A DNA stretch of 63,901 bases, filler included, from Octopus bimaculoides (lineage: Eukaryota), in the NCBI RefSeq assembly GCF_001194135.2. It is 6 parts of 5 records of this genome, joined end to end, with 100 filler letters (N's around TTAATTAATTAA, not from the genome) between each part and the next. Parts side by side here need not be neighbours in the genome. Positions count along the whole stretch, not along the records: positions 46,894 to 53,194 come from NC_069004.1; positions 53,295 to 55,606 come from NC_069004.1; positions 55,707 to 63,901 come from NC_068984.1; 3 more parts are not named here. One strand, written 5' to 3'. Under the pieces are notes generated by a model. The model ran no database searches. It had not been told where the DNA came from and saw only the letters and a list, made by a program, of their open reading frames with translations. The position numbers and the translations under genes were made by a program. How positions within the stretch are numbered: the first letter of the stretch is position 1; each line of letters opens with the position of its first letter. This document shows positions 50,718 through 63,785 of the stretch, one piece after another.

Positions 50718-50755
<38 letters not shown>

Positions 50756-51493
50756 TATATGTGTATATACATACATATATATATGTTTGTATATACATAT
50801 ATTTATACATGCATACAAACATATATATATATATATATATATAGTGAAAGAGAGAGAGGGAGAAAGAGAGCAAGAAGGAGAGAGAAAGAGAGAAAAGTAG
50901 GGCAATAGATTCGCAGAGTTATTAGAACGTCTGTCAATGTATTTCCTCATCGGTTTTGTTTCCTCGAGTTTTGAGTTCAAATCGTGGCAAGGTCAGCTGG
51001 ACGTTTCTGTCTCTCCTATACCCGTAATACTACACACTTTTATCGTACAAGACTCGACTTCCCTTTCTTTCTCTCTCACAACGAGAAGTTCCAAAATACA
51101 GGAACGTTTAATTTTAGTAAATATATCGATCTTTCACTATATTCCGGAACACTTATCAGACTTCGATCAGTTCCACCCTGGATTGATTCCATCTAAAACC
51201 ACATACCTTAAATGGAAATGGCCAAAATGTGATTCCAAAAAGTGTTTCCCATTCAGTATTATCTCTGAGTATATCCTAGATTAAGCCTGAATTAATCCAA
51301 AAGCGCATCTAATCTACACGAACCATTTACTATTCTTCTTCATCTTCTTCTTCTTCTTCTTCTTCTTCTTCTTCTTCTTTGGCACATATTTGTGTGTGTG
51401 TGTGTGTATGTGTGTGTGAGCCTAATCATATGCATCAGCATGCGTATGCATGTGCCTAGATATATATGTAAGTATACATACATACATATACAT

Positions 51494-51548
<55 letters not shown>

Positions 51549-52430
51549 NNNNNNNNNNNNNNNNNNNNNNNNNNNNNNNNNNNNNNNNNNNNNNNNNNNN
51601 NNNNNNNNNNNNNNNNNNNNNNNNNNNNNNNNNNNNNNNNNNNNNNNNNNNNNNNNNNNNNNNNNNNNNNNNNNNNNNNNNNNNNNNNNNNNNNNNNNNN
51701 NNNNNNNNNNNNNNNNNNNNNNNNNNNNNNNNNNNNNNNNNNNNNNNNNNNNNNNNNNNNNNNNNNNNNNNNNNNNNNNNNNNNNNNNNNNNNNNNNNNN
51801 NNNNNNNNNNNNNNNNNNNNNNNNNNNNNNNNNNNNNNNNNNNNNNNNNNNNNNNNNNNNNNNNNNNNNNNNNNNNNNNNNNNNNNNNNNNNNNNNNNNN
51901 NNNNNNNNNNNNNNNNNNNNNNNNNNNNNNNNNNNNNNNNNNNNNNNNNNNNNNNNNNNNNNNNNNNNNNNNNNNNNNNNNNNNNNNNNNNNNNNNNNNN
52001 NNNNNNNNNNNNNNNNNNNNNNNNNNNNNNNNNNNNNNNNNNNNNNNNNNNNNNNNNNNNNNNNNNNNNNNNNNNNNNNNNNNNNNNNNNNNNNNNNNNN
52101 NNNNNNNNNNNNNNNNNNNNNNNNNNNNNNNNNNNNNNNNNNNNNNNNNNNNNNNNNNNNNNNNNNNNNNNNNNNNNNNNNNNNNNNNNNNNNNNNNNNN
52201 NNNNNNNNNNNNNNNNNNNNNNNNNNNNNNNNNNNNNNNNNNNNNNNNNNNNNNNNNNNNNNNNNNNNNNNNNNNNNNNNNNNNNNNNNNNNNNNNNNNN
52301 NNNNNNNNNNNNNNNNNNNNNNNNNNNNNNNNNNNNNNNNNNNNNNNNNNNNNNNNNNNNNNNNNNNNNNNNNNNNNNNNNNNNNNNNNNNNNNNNNNNN
52401 NNNNNNNNNNNNNNNNNNNNNNNNGATATC

Positions 52431-52467
<37 letters not shown>

Positions 52468-53200
52468 GTATCCATATCGATATCTATATATATATATATA
52501 TATATGTATAGGTGTGTGTGTATATATATACACATATACATATAGGCATGTATATATATGTAATTGTGTGTGTGTGTGTGTGTATATGTATATGTGTGAA
52601 TAAATATGTGTGGCTGCGTGCAAAGTGCGTGTGCACTTGCGTGTATGTGTGTATGTGTGTATGTATGTGTGTGTATGTGTGTTTGTAGATATATACGTAT
52701 GTATTTGCAGTGCTACGAGTAGTTCTTTGAGTTAACAATACAGCCTTAATTGTTGGTGTTGTTGTTGTCACAGAGGTAGAAGATATTATTGTTGCTGCAA
52801 TAGTCGTGTTTGTTGCTGTTGTTGTTTCTAATAATGTCTGCCGAAACCTCTTCAATTGTTTTCCATTTGCTTTCATAGCGTTCGAGTGTCTCGTCAATCA
52901 TTTCGTTCTTCGGCCCCCCCCACCCACATACACACATATNNNNNNNNNNGAAACTTTGGAAACGATGAATTATGGAAGCATTGTCCAAGTAATATCTTCA
53001 GATTTATGTGTATGTATGTATGTATGTATGTATGTATGTATGTATGTATGTATGTATGTATGCATGTATGAACGTATGAATGTATGAATGTATGTATGTA
53101 TATATTTATATATATGTATAAATATACGGATGTCTAATATGTATCTAATATATATATTATATATATATATATACATATATATGTATATATATATNNNNNN
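49300..53200. repeat. Dense (TA)n/(CA)n/(TATG)n microsatellite field with gaps
   Basis: Direct observation; short unique islands at about 50040-50340 and 50900-51330. Confidence 0.85.
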
Positions 53201-53284
53201 NNNNNNNNNNNNNNNNNNNNNNNNNNNNNNNNNNNNNNTTAATTAATTAANNNNNNNNNNNNNNNNNNNNNNNNNNNNNNNNNN

Positions 53285-53460
53285 NNNNNNNNNNATATAT
53301 ATGTTAAAGACTTCTTCAATTCCGGTGCGTTATACTAATACATCTATTTGTTTTCTACACCACCTGTCTTCGTCTGTTGGCTTTTTGTGAATTCTCCCTA
53401 TATATATGGACCCTTCATCAGTTGTTGGTTGTCTATCTACTCTTCATTTCGAACATTCAA
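53285..53460 (-). mobile_element. Probable Penelope-like terminal fragment
   Basis: caactgatgaaggg and agacgaagacaggtggtgtagaaaacaa on the minus strand; family assignment from pattern memory only. Confidence 0.35.
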
Positions 53461-54551
53461 TGACAATATGAGTCTTCAAAGACAGTTGCTCTTATAAATT
53501 CTAAAATAAAATTTAGGATTTATGGAGGGTCAAAGTTGGGAACGTGGAAACATACAATGAAACTGAACGAAAACAAACATGAAGAGTCGTTAGACCAGAA
53601 CGATAGGAAAATAGTGAACGCTGGGAGAAACATTTTTTTCTGAAAAGAGAAGAGAGAGAGAGAGAGAGAAAATACGTCCATTGTTTTAAACGTCCGTGCA
53701 GGTAAAGAAAGATGAACGATGGTCACGTGTGAGCAGCGAGAGAAATAGAAAACGGTGAAGGGGGGAGGAGAACTAGAGAAGGGTGGAGGAAGAAAACAGT
53801 ATGGAAATGGATGTGTCGCGTTGAATTAAATAATATATGGGCGTATTAAATATGTGTGCGTATGTATACATGCAAGAGTCCGTATTCTTGGGATGAGTAC
53901 AGTATAGCCCGTAGTATCATTTATTTCATCAGGCGATACAGCATTAATGGATGAATCACAGAGGGGTGTTTGTCCTTTCTTGCCATTATGAAGGCCAATC
54001 ATTTTCAAAAGATATATATATACACACACACACAAACATACATATATATATATACATGCATACATACATACATACATACATACATACATCGAGAGATCAG
54101 AAAGGTCACAGGTTCTTAAATATTATTTGTATTAACTCGTAGTTTATTATAAATCTAATAGAGAAGTTTAGGTTCAAGAATTGTTTCTACCCCGATGCCA
54201 AGAGATTTTGTAAATTTAGACTTTCGAATTTGGAACAATGTTTCGAGCCACCCGAATTGCATGTGGTGATTTTTGTTAAAATATTTAGGTTGTTTTTGCA
54301 AAGATGCTCTAATACAAATGTAGCAACAAATAATATTCCATAGTATACAAGGTAGCAAGCTGTTAGACAAAAAGAAGTGAGTGCCAAACTAACTCACTGG
54401 AATCTAACCACACATCTGTAGACTGGACGGCTGTGATACTACGACACCAGAGAGACTTGCCGATTTTTAGTCGTGTAATTAGAAGCTTTAATCTTACAAG
54501 CGAGAAAATAATTTGTTTTGTTTTTTTAGATATTTTGAAGTTTTGGGCAAC

Positions 54552-54715
54552 TCTATAATAAGTATTATTTACATTATCTACATTTGACGGATATTCGTCC
54601 TCATCTTGTTTGTTGTTAACACGATGAGGACGAATATCCGTCAAATGTAGATAATGTAAATAATGTAAATAATTCCTCATCTCTTAAATATAGAACTGTA
54701 TTCTATAATAAGTAT
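54552..54715. mobile_element. Short PLE terminal insertion with inverted 5' segment and 14-bp target-site duplication
   Basis: Perfect 42-bp IR at 54564-54605/54623-54664; tctataataagtat at 54552-54565 and 54702-54715; sequence shared with 18360-18435. Confidence 0.85.
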
Positions 54716-55707
54716 CCGATATACAACTGCAGCAATATTAGATTAAAATAGCCATTTATTTAGCATACTGTATATACACAGTCGATGGGCCTGTTTTTTC
54801 AGTATTTGTCCTGATATGACATTCCTTATAGACTCGCTATGTTAAAAACGTAATAAATATCAGCAGGAAATGAAAATTTGCCCCGGCTTCGGCCAGCGAG
54901 AACTCCAGATACATTTCGCCTTGTTGGACTTTTTCAAAGACGTATTCCCGCAGCTAGCCCTATGTTTGGGCGAGAATTCGTCGCACCTGACATAGGAAAT
55001 AGAGAAAAAAAGCATTAACTGGTGTCTCAAGGCATATACTGTCTCAAGACATATCTGGCCTATCAACGGGGTATATACATTAAGTGTGATACATAGATAG
55101 ATGGCTATTTTGATAATAAGTGTTTTTGCGAGGTTCGAATACAAATGCAGCTACCGAAAATGACGTATCTTGTTGAAGGAGCAAATAGCAACATTCAAGG
55201 TTTATGAAAAAGTTGACGTAAAAACACGCATTGAAAAATATTAATCATGCTTGGTGTGAAGTTACGTATGAGAGCTGTTCGGAAAAAACATAATTCCTCT
55301 CTGCGCAAATAATTTTGTTGGAATCGATACAGATGTTAGAGGAATCGCAGCAGAAATCAGTCAAGTTGCTTTGCACCTGAAATTATCTAGAATAGACGAA
55401 AGCAACGAAAGGGAGTGGCTTGACTCGTAGGTTATCGACTGCAATGAAAGCCTTTTAAAAATTTAGGGCAGCGACGAACATTATTATGAGGTGGATAGCC
55501 AAGATGGAAGAGTGCTGTGGCTGAGACTCAAACGAAAGAGTTATTAATTAAATAAATCAATACTATTTTTAGAACTTTTAGAGACGGAAATTAAATGATA
55601 ATAGATNNNNNNNNNNNNNNNNNNNNNNNNNNNNNNNNNNNNNNNNNNNNTTAATTAATTAANNNNNNNNNNNNNNNNNNNNNNNNNNNNNNNNNNNNNN
55701 NNNNNNA

Positions 55708-55813
55708 CTTATTCTATCGATCTCTTTTGCCGAACCGCTACGTTACGGGGACATAAACACACCAGCATCGGTTGTCAAGCGATGTTGGGGGGACAAACAC
55801 ACACATACAACAT

Positions 55814-55846
<33 letters not shown>

Positions 55847-55972
55847 CATATATACGACGGGCTTCTTTCAGTTTCCGTCTACCAAATCCACTCACAAGGC
55901 TTTGGTCGGCGCGAGGCTATAGTAGAAGACACTTGCCCAAGATGCCGCGCAGTGGGACTGAACCCGGGACCA
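55708..55972 (-). mobile_element. SINE family B (body, microsatellite and most of head)
   Basis: Standard family B blocks. Confidence 0.9.
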
Positions 55973-55984
55973 TATATATATATA

Positions 55985-56525
55985 TATATTCGGGGTCTGA
56001 TCAAAAGGTTTCGGGATGTTTGCTACGGTAAGGCAGCTAAAGGACGCAGAGAGAAATCGCATGGTACAGATTGACCTTGGACTCCACCACGCATGCTCAC
56101 TAAGTTATAACGTTCTTCTTCATTTCGTTTGCGTATGGCAGCGTTTGGAAATGAAGCGTGTAGAGCGCGATCGTCTCAAAAAGAAGATCGGTTTTTCAGC
56201 CGCGTAGGATAGGATCTCTTTGATTGTGCCGAGGAAGATGAAACATTTTTCATAACGATCAAAACAGGTGACATATCGTTGGTCCATGGAAATGACCCCG
56301 AAACCAAGGCCTGAAACGAACGAGATTTCAAGATGTCGCGGAAATGCAAGAGAATCCCATGAAGCAGCGGTTATTCGCTATCCCCCCAAAAAGTAGCTCC
56401 AGGAATGCTTCCATCGATGGAGACAACGCTGCGTAAAGTGTGCGGCTTCGGAAGGGGACAACTTTGATGGAGATTAAATGCCGAATCGATATGTGTGTGG
56501 TAGTTTTCTTTTTGATAGCACCAGT
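55985..56525 (+). mobile_element. Non-autonomous mariner-type element
   Basis: 5' ggggtctgatcaaaaggtttcgg is TIR-like and related to the 3' end at about 40480-40505; internal TGDISLVHGNDPETK fragment (TGDE..YDPETK-like). Confidence 0.7.
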
Positions 56526-56899
56526 ATATATGTATGCACGTTTCTTGCTTCTGTATCTATGTATCTATGATAATATAAAGAGCATTATTTGTAAGAAACT
56601 CGGCAACAATAACAGCAGCAGCAGCAACGACAAAGATAGAACTAACGCTAACATCCATAACTACATAATAAAACTAGAGACACACTTTTGTCGTTTGCTG
56701 GTGGCTGCAAAAACGGATGAAAAAATCGGAAACGAAACGAAATATAATATTGAAGTATGAAAATTAACACAAATAATCGCAGATCCACATACGATTTCTA
56801 TATAAACACATTCATAACTACAAACACATGGACATACACACTCACGCACACAAAAGCACGAAATAGCACTGATACAGTCATACACACATGCATTCACAT

Positions 56900-57035
56900 T
56901 CGTTCGCATATAAAAATTTACAGAAATACATGCACAAACACCACATACATATAAACATATACACACACATGCGTACATCAAATACATCTATTGATATATC
57001 TACATATATATATACACCCTATGCCGATAAATTCT

Positions 57036-57075
<40 letters not shown>

Positions 57076-59000
57076 TGTGCGGGTCCGTATATATGGCCAG
57101 GTATTTCTCTACGAGAGTATGTATGTGTGAAGGTGTGTGTGTGTGTGTGTGTATGTATGTCTCTTGAGAGTGTGTGTGTGCGTACCTGCATTATCTGTCT
57201 TTATGCATGTACGTGCTTATTTATTGCAGGTTGTGCATATTAGCATGTGATAATTCGTGTATGCGTGTATGTATTTTATATGAATTTTTGTGCATGTATA
57301 TATCTAAATTTGTGTCTTTTTGCGTTATACATGTTTATGTGTTTGTGTGTCTGTGTGTGAGGAAATGTGAATATATATATATATATATATATANNNNNNN
57401 NNNNNNNNNNNNNNNNNNNNNNNNNNNNNNNNNNNNNNNNNNNNNNNNNNNNNNNNNNNNNNNNNNNNNNNNNNNNNNNNNNNNNNNNNNNNNNNNNNNN
57501 NNNNNNNNNNNNNNNNNNNNNNNNNNNNNNNNNNNNNNNNNNNNNNNNNNNNNNNNNNNNNNNNNNNNNNNNNNNNNNNNNNNNNNNNNNNNNNNNNNNN
57601 NNNNNNNNNNNNNNNNNNNNNNNNNNNNNNNNNNNNNNNNNNNNNNNNNNNNNNNNNNNNNNNNNNNNNNNNNNNNNNNNNNNNNNNNNNNNNNNNNNNN
57701 NNNNNNNNNNNNNNNNNNNNNNNNNNNNNNNNNNNNNNNNNNNNNNNNNNNNNNNNNNNNNNNNNNNNNNNNNNNNNNNNNNNNNNNNNNNNNNNNNNNN
57801 NNNNNNNNNNNNNNNNNNNNNNNTATATATATATATATATATATATATGAGTGTGTATGTGTGTGGGTGTATTTGTCATCCTGCAATTTGTTCCGTTCCG
57901 GTTATTATCGTCTGCTTCTGGCGATAAAAACAACGACTGTGCGTCAGTAACGAATGAAACAAACGTAGACACACACACACACGCACACGCACACACACAC
58001 ATACACACACACGCACACACAAACGTACAAATACACGCACCCATACACACACGCATCAACGAACATACATACACACACATGGAAACAATCACATACAGCC
58101 ATACGAAACTCCACAAGCAGGAGTACTTACACACAGCCGTACACATTTACAGATACGTCCGCACATATATACCCAAATATGTTCACATACGCATCTCGCA
58201 GGTACACATATATACACTCATATACATACATACATACATACATACATACACTCGCTCACAAATTTCTACACACGCACACACATGTGTGCACAAACATAAA
58301 TGCATACACGTAGAGATATCCATACAGACAAGCACATACAAACGTATACTTTATATCGAAAAAATAAAATCGCACACACATTAAGCTAATATCGATTATG
58401 CACATATGGATGTATGTGTGTGCATATATATATATATATGTGTGTGTGTGTATATATGTGTGTATATATTTGTGTATGTGATGTATGTATATATATATAT
58501 ATATATATATNNNNNNNNNNNNNNNNNNNNNNNNNNNNNNNNNNNNNNNNNNNNNNNNNNNNNNNNNNNNNNNNNNNNNNNNNNNNNNNNNNNNNNNNNN
58601 NNNNNNNNNNNNNNNNNNNNNNNNNNNNNNNNNNNNNNNNNNNNNNNNNNNNNNNNNNNNNNNNNNNNNNNNNNNNNNNNNNNNNNNNNNNNNNNNNNNN
58701 NNNNNNNNNNNNNNNNNNNNNNNNNNNNNNNNNNNNNNNNNNNNNNNNNNNNNNNNNNNNNNNNNNNNNNNNNNNNNNNNNNNNNNNNNNNNNNNNNNNN
58801 NNNNNNNNNNNNNNNNNNNNNNNNNNNNNNNNNNNNNNNNNNNNNNNNNNNNNNNNNNNNNNNNNNNNNNNNNNNNNNNNNNNNTATATATATATATATG
58901 TGTGTGTGTGTGTGCGTAATGTGTGTATGTGTGTGTACGCATGCGTACATAAAGAGCATATTGATGGATGAAAGAAAACACATTGAAATATGTGTAAAAG
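56900..59000. repeat. (TA)/(CA)/(TG) microsatellite-derived low-complexity field with gaps
   Basis: Direct observation. Confidence 0.85.
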
Positions 59001-59350
59001 ACACGAAAATAGAAATATTCCAATCGAGTGGTTTCGTCCATTTTCTCTCCTCGAGACTATTTCAGTTCCCGCTTTGATATCGTGGAACCGGCGACATATT
59101 GGATTGTCTTTGATTCTCTTGGAATTCTATAATATTGAACGCCTTGTTGATTTACATGCATACATACCATTATACATGCACACACAAACACACACACACG
59201 CACACCCACACACCTATAATTATATATATAATTATGAAGCATAGAAGGCACAGTCGAGATGTGTAAAACATTTAAGAAGTTTAACATGTAATACAGCGCA
59301 TATACACGGGCAACTATGTCTCCACTAACGTGTAGATATACACCTGCCTG

Positions 59351-59398
59351 CCTACCTACTTACTAACCTACCTACTTACTAACCTACCTACTTACTAA
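59351..59398 (+). repeat. (CCTACCTACTTACTAA)x3 tandem repeat
   Basis: Three exact 16-mers. Confidence 0.95.
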
Positions 59399-59417
59399 CC
59401 TACCTACCTACCTACAG

Positions 59418-59560
59418 CTCTGTGGTAAGTAGCTTGCTTCCCAACCACATGGGTCCAGGTTCAGTCCCACTGCGTGGCACGTTGGGCAAGTGTCTTCTAC
59501 TATAGCCTCAAGCCAACCTATGCCTTGTGAGTGGATTTCGTAGATGGAAACTGAAAGAAT
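59418..59560 (+). mobile_element. SINE family B head
   Basis: tgtggtaagtagcttgcttcccaaccac..ggaaactgaaagaa. Confidence 0.9.
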
Positions 59561-60934
59561 NNNNNNNNNNNNNNNNNNNNNNNNNNNNNNNNNNNNNNNN
59601 NNNNNNNNNNNNNNNNNNNNNNNNNNNNNNNNNNNNNNNNNNNNNNNNNNNNNNNNNNNNNNNNNNNNNNNNNNNNNNNNNNNNNNNNNNNNNNNNNNNN
59701 NNNNNNNNNNNNNNNNNNNNNNNNNNNNNNNNNNNNNNNNNNNNNNNNNNNNNNNNNNNNNNNNNNNNNNNNNNNNNNNNNNNNNNNNNNNNNNNNNNNN
59801 NNNNNNNNNNNNNNNNNNNNNNNNNNNNNNNNNNNNNNNNNNNNNNNNNNNNNNNNNNNNNNNNNNNNNNNNNNNNNNNNNNNNNNNNNNNNNNNNNNNN
59901 NNNNNNNNNNNNNNNNNNNNNNNNNNNNNNNNNNNNNNNNNNNNNNNNNNNNNNNNNNNNNNNNNNNNNNNNNNNNNNNNNNNNNNNNNNNNNNNNNNNN
60001 NNNNNNNNNNNNNNNNNNNNNNNNNNNNNNNNNNNNNNNNNNNNNNNNNNNNNNNNNNNNNNNNNNNNNNNNNNNNNNNNNNNNNNNNNNNNNNNNNNNN
60101 NNNNNNNNNNNNNNNNNNNNNNNNNNNNNNNNNNNNNNNNNNNNNNNNNNNNNNNNNNNNNNNNNNNNNNNNNNNNNNNNNNNNNNNNNNNNNNNNNNNN
60201 NNNNNNNNNNNNNNNNNNNNNNNNNNNNNNNNNNNNNNNNNNNNNNNNNNNNNNNNNNNNNNNNNNNNNNNNNNNNNNNNNNNNNNNNNNNNNNNNNNNN
60301 NNNNNNNNNNNNNNNNNNNNNNNNNNNNNNNNNNNNNNNNNNNNNNNNNNNNNNNNNNNNNNNNNNNNNNNNNNNNNNNNNNNNNNNCGGAGATTGTTGA
60401 TGCTGTGTAAATTCCAAAGAAACATCATAATTCTTACTCTTAAGTCGACTTTTATTATTATTAATAATAAGGAAATATGGCACAAGTGAACGACAACCTT
60501 ATATACGGTTAACCGGAAAAAATACCACCCAAGCAGTGGACGTGGACGTGCTCTGTTCCTCATCAATTATCGACTAAATATCACCACAGTTTTGATACAT
60601 GATATTGTTAAAGTTGATGGTATCCGCAACAAAAGCTGCTGGATGATAAATGAACGGACATAGAGTAACAGAATAATAACTAGGAAAACGTGATTTGAAG
60701 AGAACAGGAAATATGTGTATAAAGGGAAAGCGATGAATAAGGAAGAACTACAACAGATGAATATATAGATATAATAAACGACGTAGTGAGATATTTGTAT
60801 ACATAGAAAACCCTTCGGCTATGCGACAAAGTTAGCACAAGATCTGTACGAAACTAAGGCTAGTAGGAAAGGAGGTGTTCTTTCGGACTTTGAAAAGTAT
60901 ATGTGGAAAGACAATACATATTCTTTTATCCTTT

Positions 60935-61355
60935 TACACGTTTCACTCATTTGACTGCGGCCATGCTGGAGCACCGCCTAAAGTCGAACAAATCAATCGA
61001 CCCCTGTAATCTTTGTACTTATTCTATCAGTCACGTTTGAGGAACCGCTGGGTTTCGGGGACATAAACGCATTAACATCGTTTGTCAAGCGATGATTGGT
61101 GGGGGTGAGAGGACAAACAAAGACACAAAGACACACACACACACACACATACACACATAAATATATATATATGTATACGACGGGCTTCTTCCAGTTTCTG
61201 TCTAACACATCCACTCACAAAGCTTTGGTCGGCCCGAGGCTATAGTAGAAGACACTTGCTCAAGTGCCATGCAGTGGGACTGAACGCAGAACCATGTGGT
61301 TGGGAAGCAAGCTTCTTACCACACAGTTACGCCTGTGCCTCCACACAGCCACGCC
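60935..61355 (-). mobile_element. SINE family B, full length
   Basis: Body, internal CA/TA tract and head all present. Confidence 0.9.
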
Positions 61356-62004
61356 TCGTATATATGAGAAAAATTAGAAGAAATGATTTCAAACGTAAGA
61401 CAAAGACAAAGCAGGAGACGGACCTAAATTTAATATCTCAGACGAAAACTGGAACTGCGGAAATGCAACAGACCAAGGCAACGGTGAGTGTAAATACGAT
61501 GGGTAACTTCAAGACAGGAAGATAACGTGGTCCTCTTAAGAAAGAAAGATGAGGAAGCGATAATAGTGGAAGAGATGCGTACAGATGAAAGCAGAATCGG
61601 GTGGACGAATCGAAAGGTAAAATGTTAGAAAGTTAGAAGATCTTAGAGAAAAGATGGAAACTTAGAGATAAGCAGCTGCGAGGAAGGGAAGATAAACAAT
61701 TAAAGAGGAACGAAACAATGAAAAGTAAAGCATTGAAAAGATACGTGAATAAGGAGAAAAGATAATGGTAGCTTTTGTATTTGGTTAGCAAGTCTCTTGA
61801 TTTGAATTTGTGTGTTGAAAGAAATTCTGGTGCATCTTGGGTGAGTCATTACGCCAATACTAATAACACACGCACTGGTTCAATATCACTTCTTTTTTTG
61901 TTAAATACCTAAATATCGATTGCGTGTTTAATGTGTTTTGTTAAACAGTAAATCGGTTGTTTGTTGGTCAAAATTCTTTCATCGCTGTTCGTGACCGTCC
62001 CTTT

Positions 62005-62157
62005 GTTTCAGTCATTTGACTGCGGCCATGCTGGAGCACCGCCTTTAGTCGAACAAATCGACCCCAGGACTTATTCTTTGTAAACCTAGTACTTATTCTA
62101 TCGGTCGCCTTTGCCGAACCGCCATGTTACGTGGACGTAAACACACCAACGTCGGTT
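62005..62157 (-). mobile_element. SINE family B 3' body, cut by a gap
   Basis: ttgtttcagtcatttgactgcggccatgctggagcaccgcctttagtcg. Confidence 0.9.
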
Positions 62158-63020
62158 NNNNNNNNNNNNNNNNNNNNNNNNNNNNNNNNNNNNNNNNNNN
62201 NNNNNNNNNNNNNNNNNNNNNNNNNNNNNNNNNNNNNNNNNNNNNNNNNNNNNNNNNNNNNNNNNNNNNNNNNNNNNNNNNNNNNNNNNNNNNNNNNNNN
62301 NNNNNNNNNNNNNNNNNNNNNNNNNNNNNNNNNNNNNNNNNNNNNNNNNNNNNNNNNNNNNNNNNNNNNNNNNNNNNNNNNNNNNNNNNNNNNNNNNNNN
62401 NNNNNNNNNNNNNNNNNNNNNNNNNNNNNNNNNNNNNNNNNNNNNNNNNNNNNNNNNNNNNNNNNNNNNNNNNNNNNNNNNNNNNNNNNNNNNNNNNNNN
62501 NNNNNNNNNNNNNNNNNNNNNNNNNNNNNNNNNNNNNNNNNNNNNNNNNNNNNNNNNNNNNNNNNNNNNNNNNNNNNNNNNNNNNNNNNNNNNNNNNNNN
62601 NNNNNNNNNNNNNNNNNNNNNNNNNNNNNNNNNNNNNNNNNNNNNNNNNNNNNNNNNNNNNNNNNNNNNNNNNNNNNNNNNNNNNNNNNNNNNNNNNNNN
62701 NNNNNNNNNNNNNNNNNNNNNNNNNNNNNNNNNNNNNNNNNNNNNNNNNNNNNNNNNNNNNNNNNNNNNNNNNNNNNNNNNNNNNNNNNNNNNNNNNNNN
62801 NNNNNNNNNNNNNNNNNNNNNNNNNNNNNNNNNNNNNNNNNNNNNNNNNNNNNNNNNNNNNNNNNNNNNNNNNNNNNNNNNNNNNNNNNNNNNNNNNNNN
62901 NNNNNNNNNNNNNNNNNNNNNNNNNNNNNNNNNNNNNNNNNNNNNNNNNNNNNNNNNNNNNNNNNNNNNNNNNNNNNNNNNNNNNNNNNNNNTGTATGTA
63001 TGTATATATATGTATGTACG

Positions 63021-63051
<31 letters not shown>

Positions 63052-63242
63052 ATATAAAAAAAAATTGGGGTGCACTTTATATGCTCATGTGTCTTAAATG
63101 CCCTGAAAAGCCACGGCAAATGGAGCGCTATTAGTCCGCGCAAACTTCAACCCTCTGCCGCACACCGATCAGCGAGGAGGTCCATAACCTAGCGAGTATT
63201 GACCGCCTGAATTCAGACAAAAGACTTCCGCTGTAAACCTGC

Positions 63243-63282
63243 GGGCACAAGTGGGCACCTGTGGGCACCTGTGGGTACCTGT
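63243..63282 (+). repeat. Four tandem 10-mers (GGGCACCTGT consensus)
   Basis: gggcacaagt gggcacctgt gggcacctgt gggtacctgt. Confidence 0.9.
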
Positions 63283-63749
63283 GTGCATTCAGGTCTCGAC
63301 TGCAAGGTTAAAAGCGCTCTCATTACTGAGAACACAATGTTTGTCAGCGTCAGATACCGATGCACTACCAACACACACACAAACACACACATACATACAT
63401 ACATATGTATATTTATATATACACACATATAATGAGTATAGTATAGTCGTGCCAATATGGCTGATGTCGAGATTGTCCATGATGTATTTAGTTTTAAATT
63501 TATTTTTTAGTTTCATTATTTCATGGTAACATTGTTTTAGTTCCTTCGGTCTTCTTATGTCTTGCTTTCGTTTTCTTTCTTCAAAAATTCTATCGACTCC
63601 TATCGACCAATTCTGTTTGGCCTCTGGCATTTTCAGAATTTTGTATCTTCATTTACGATCTTTACATTGCGAAATATTCGCCAAATACAAACACACGCAA
63701 ATACGCACACAGTTAAACACAGGCACGCACACACATACATGCACACACG

Positions 63750-63785
<36 letters not shown>

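Noticed and set aside
26251-55662. TTAATTAATTAA 12-mer at 26251, 41641, 46838, 53239 and 55651
   Set aside because: Always embedded in N runs; a scaffolding spacer, not genomic sequence.
59066-59132. Plus-strand segment SRFDIVEPATYWIVFDSLGIL* after an acceptor-like site
   Set aside because: Protein-like by eye, but unrecognised, with an upstream AG in the tract and no linkage evidence.
63110-63130. CTCF-like motif cacggcaaatggagcgcta
   Set aside because: Several mismatches in the core; not distinguishable from chance.
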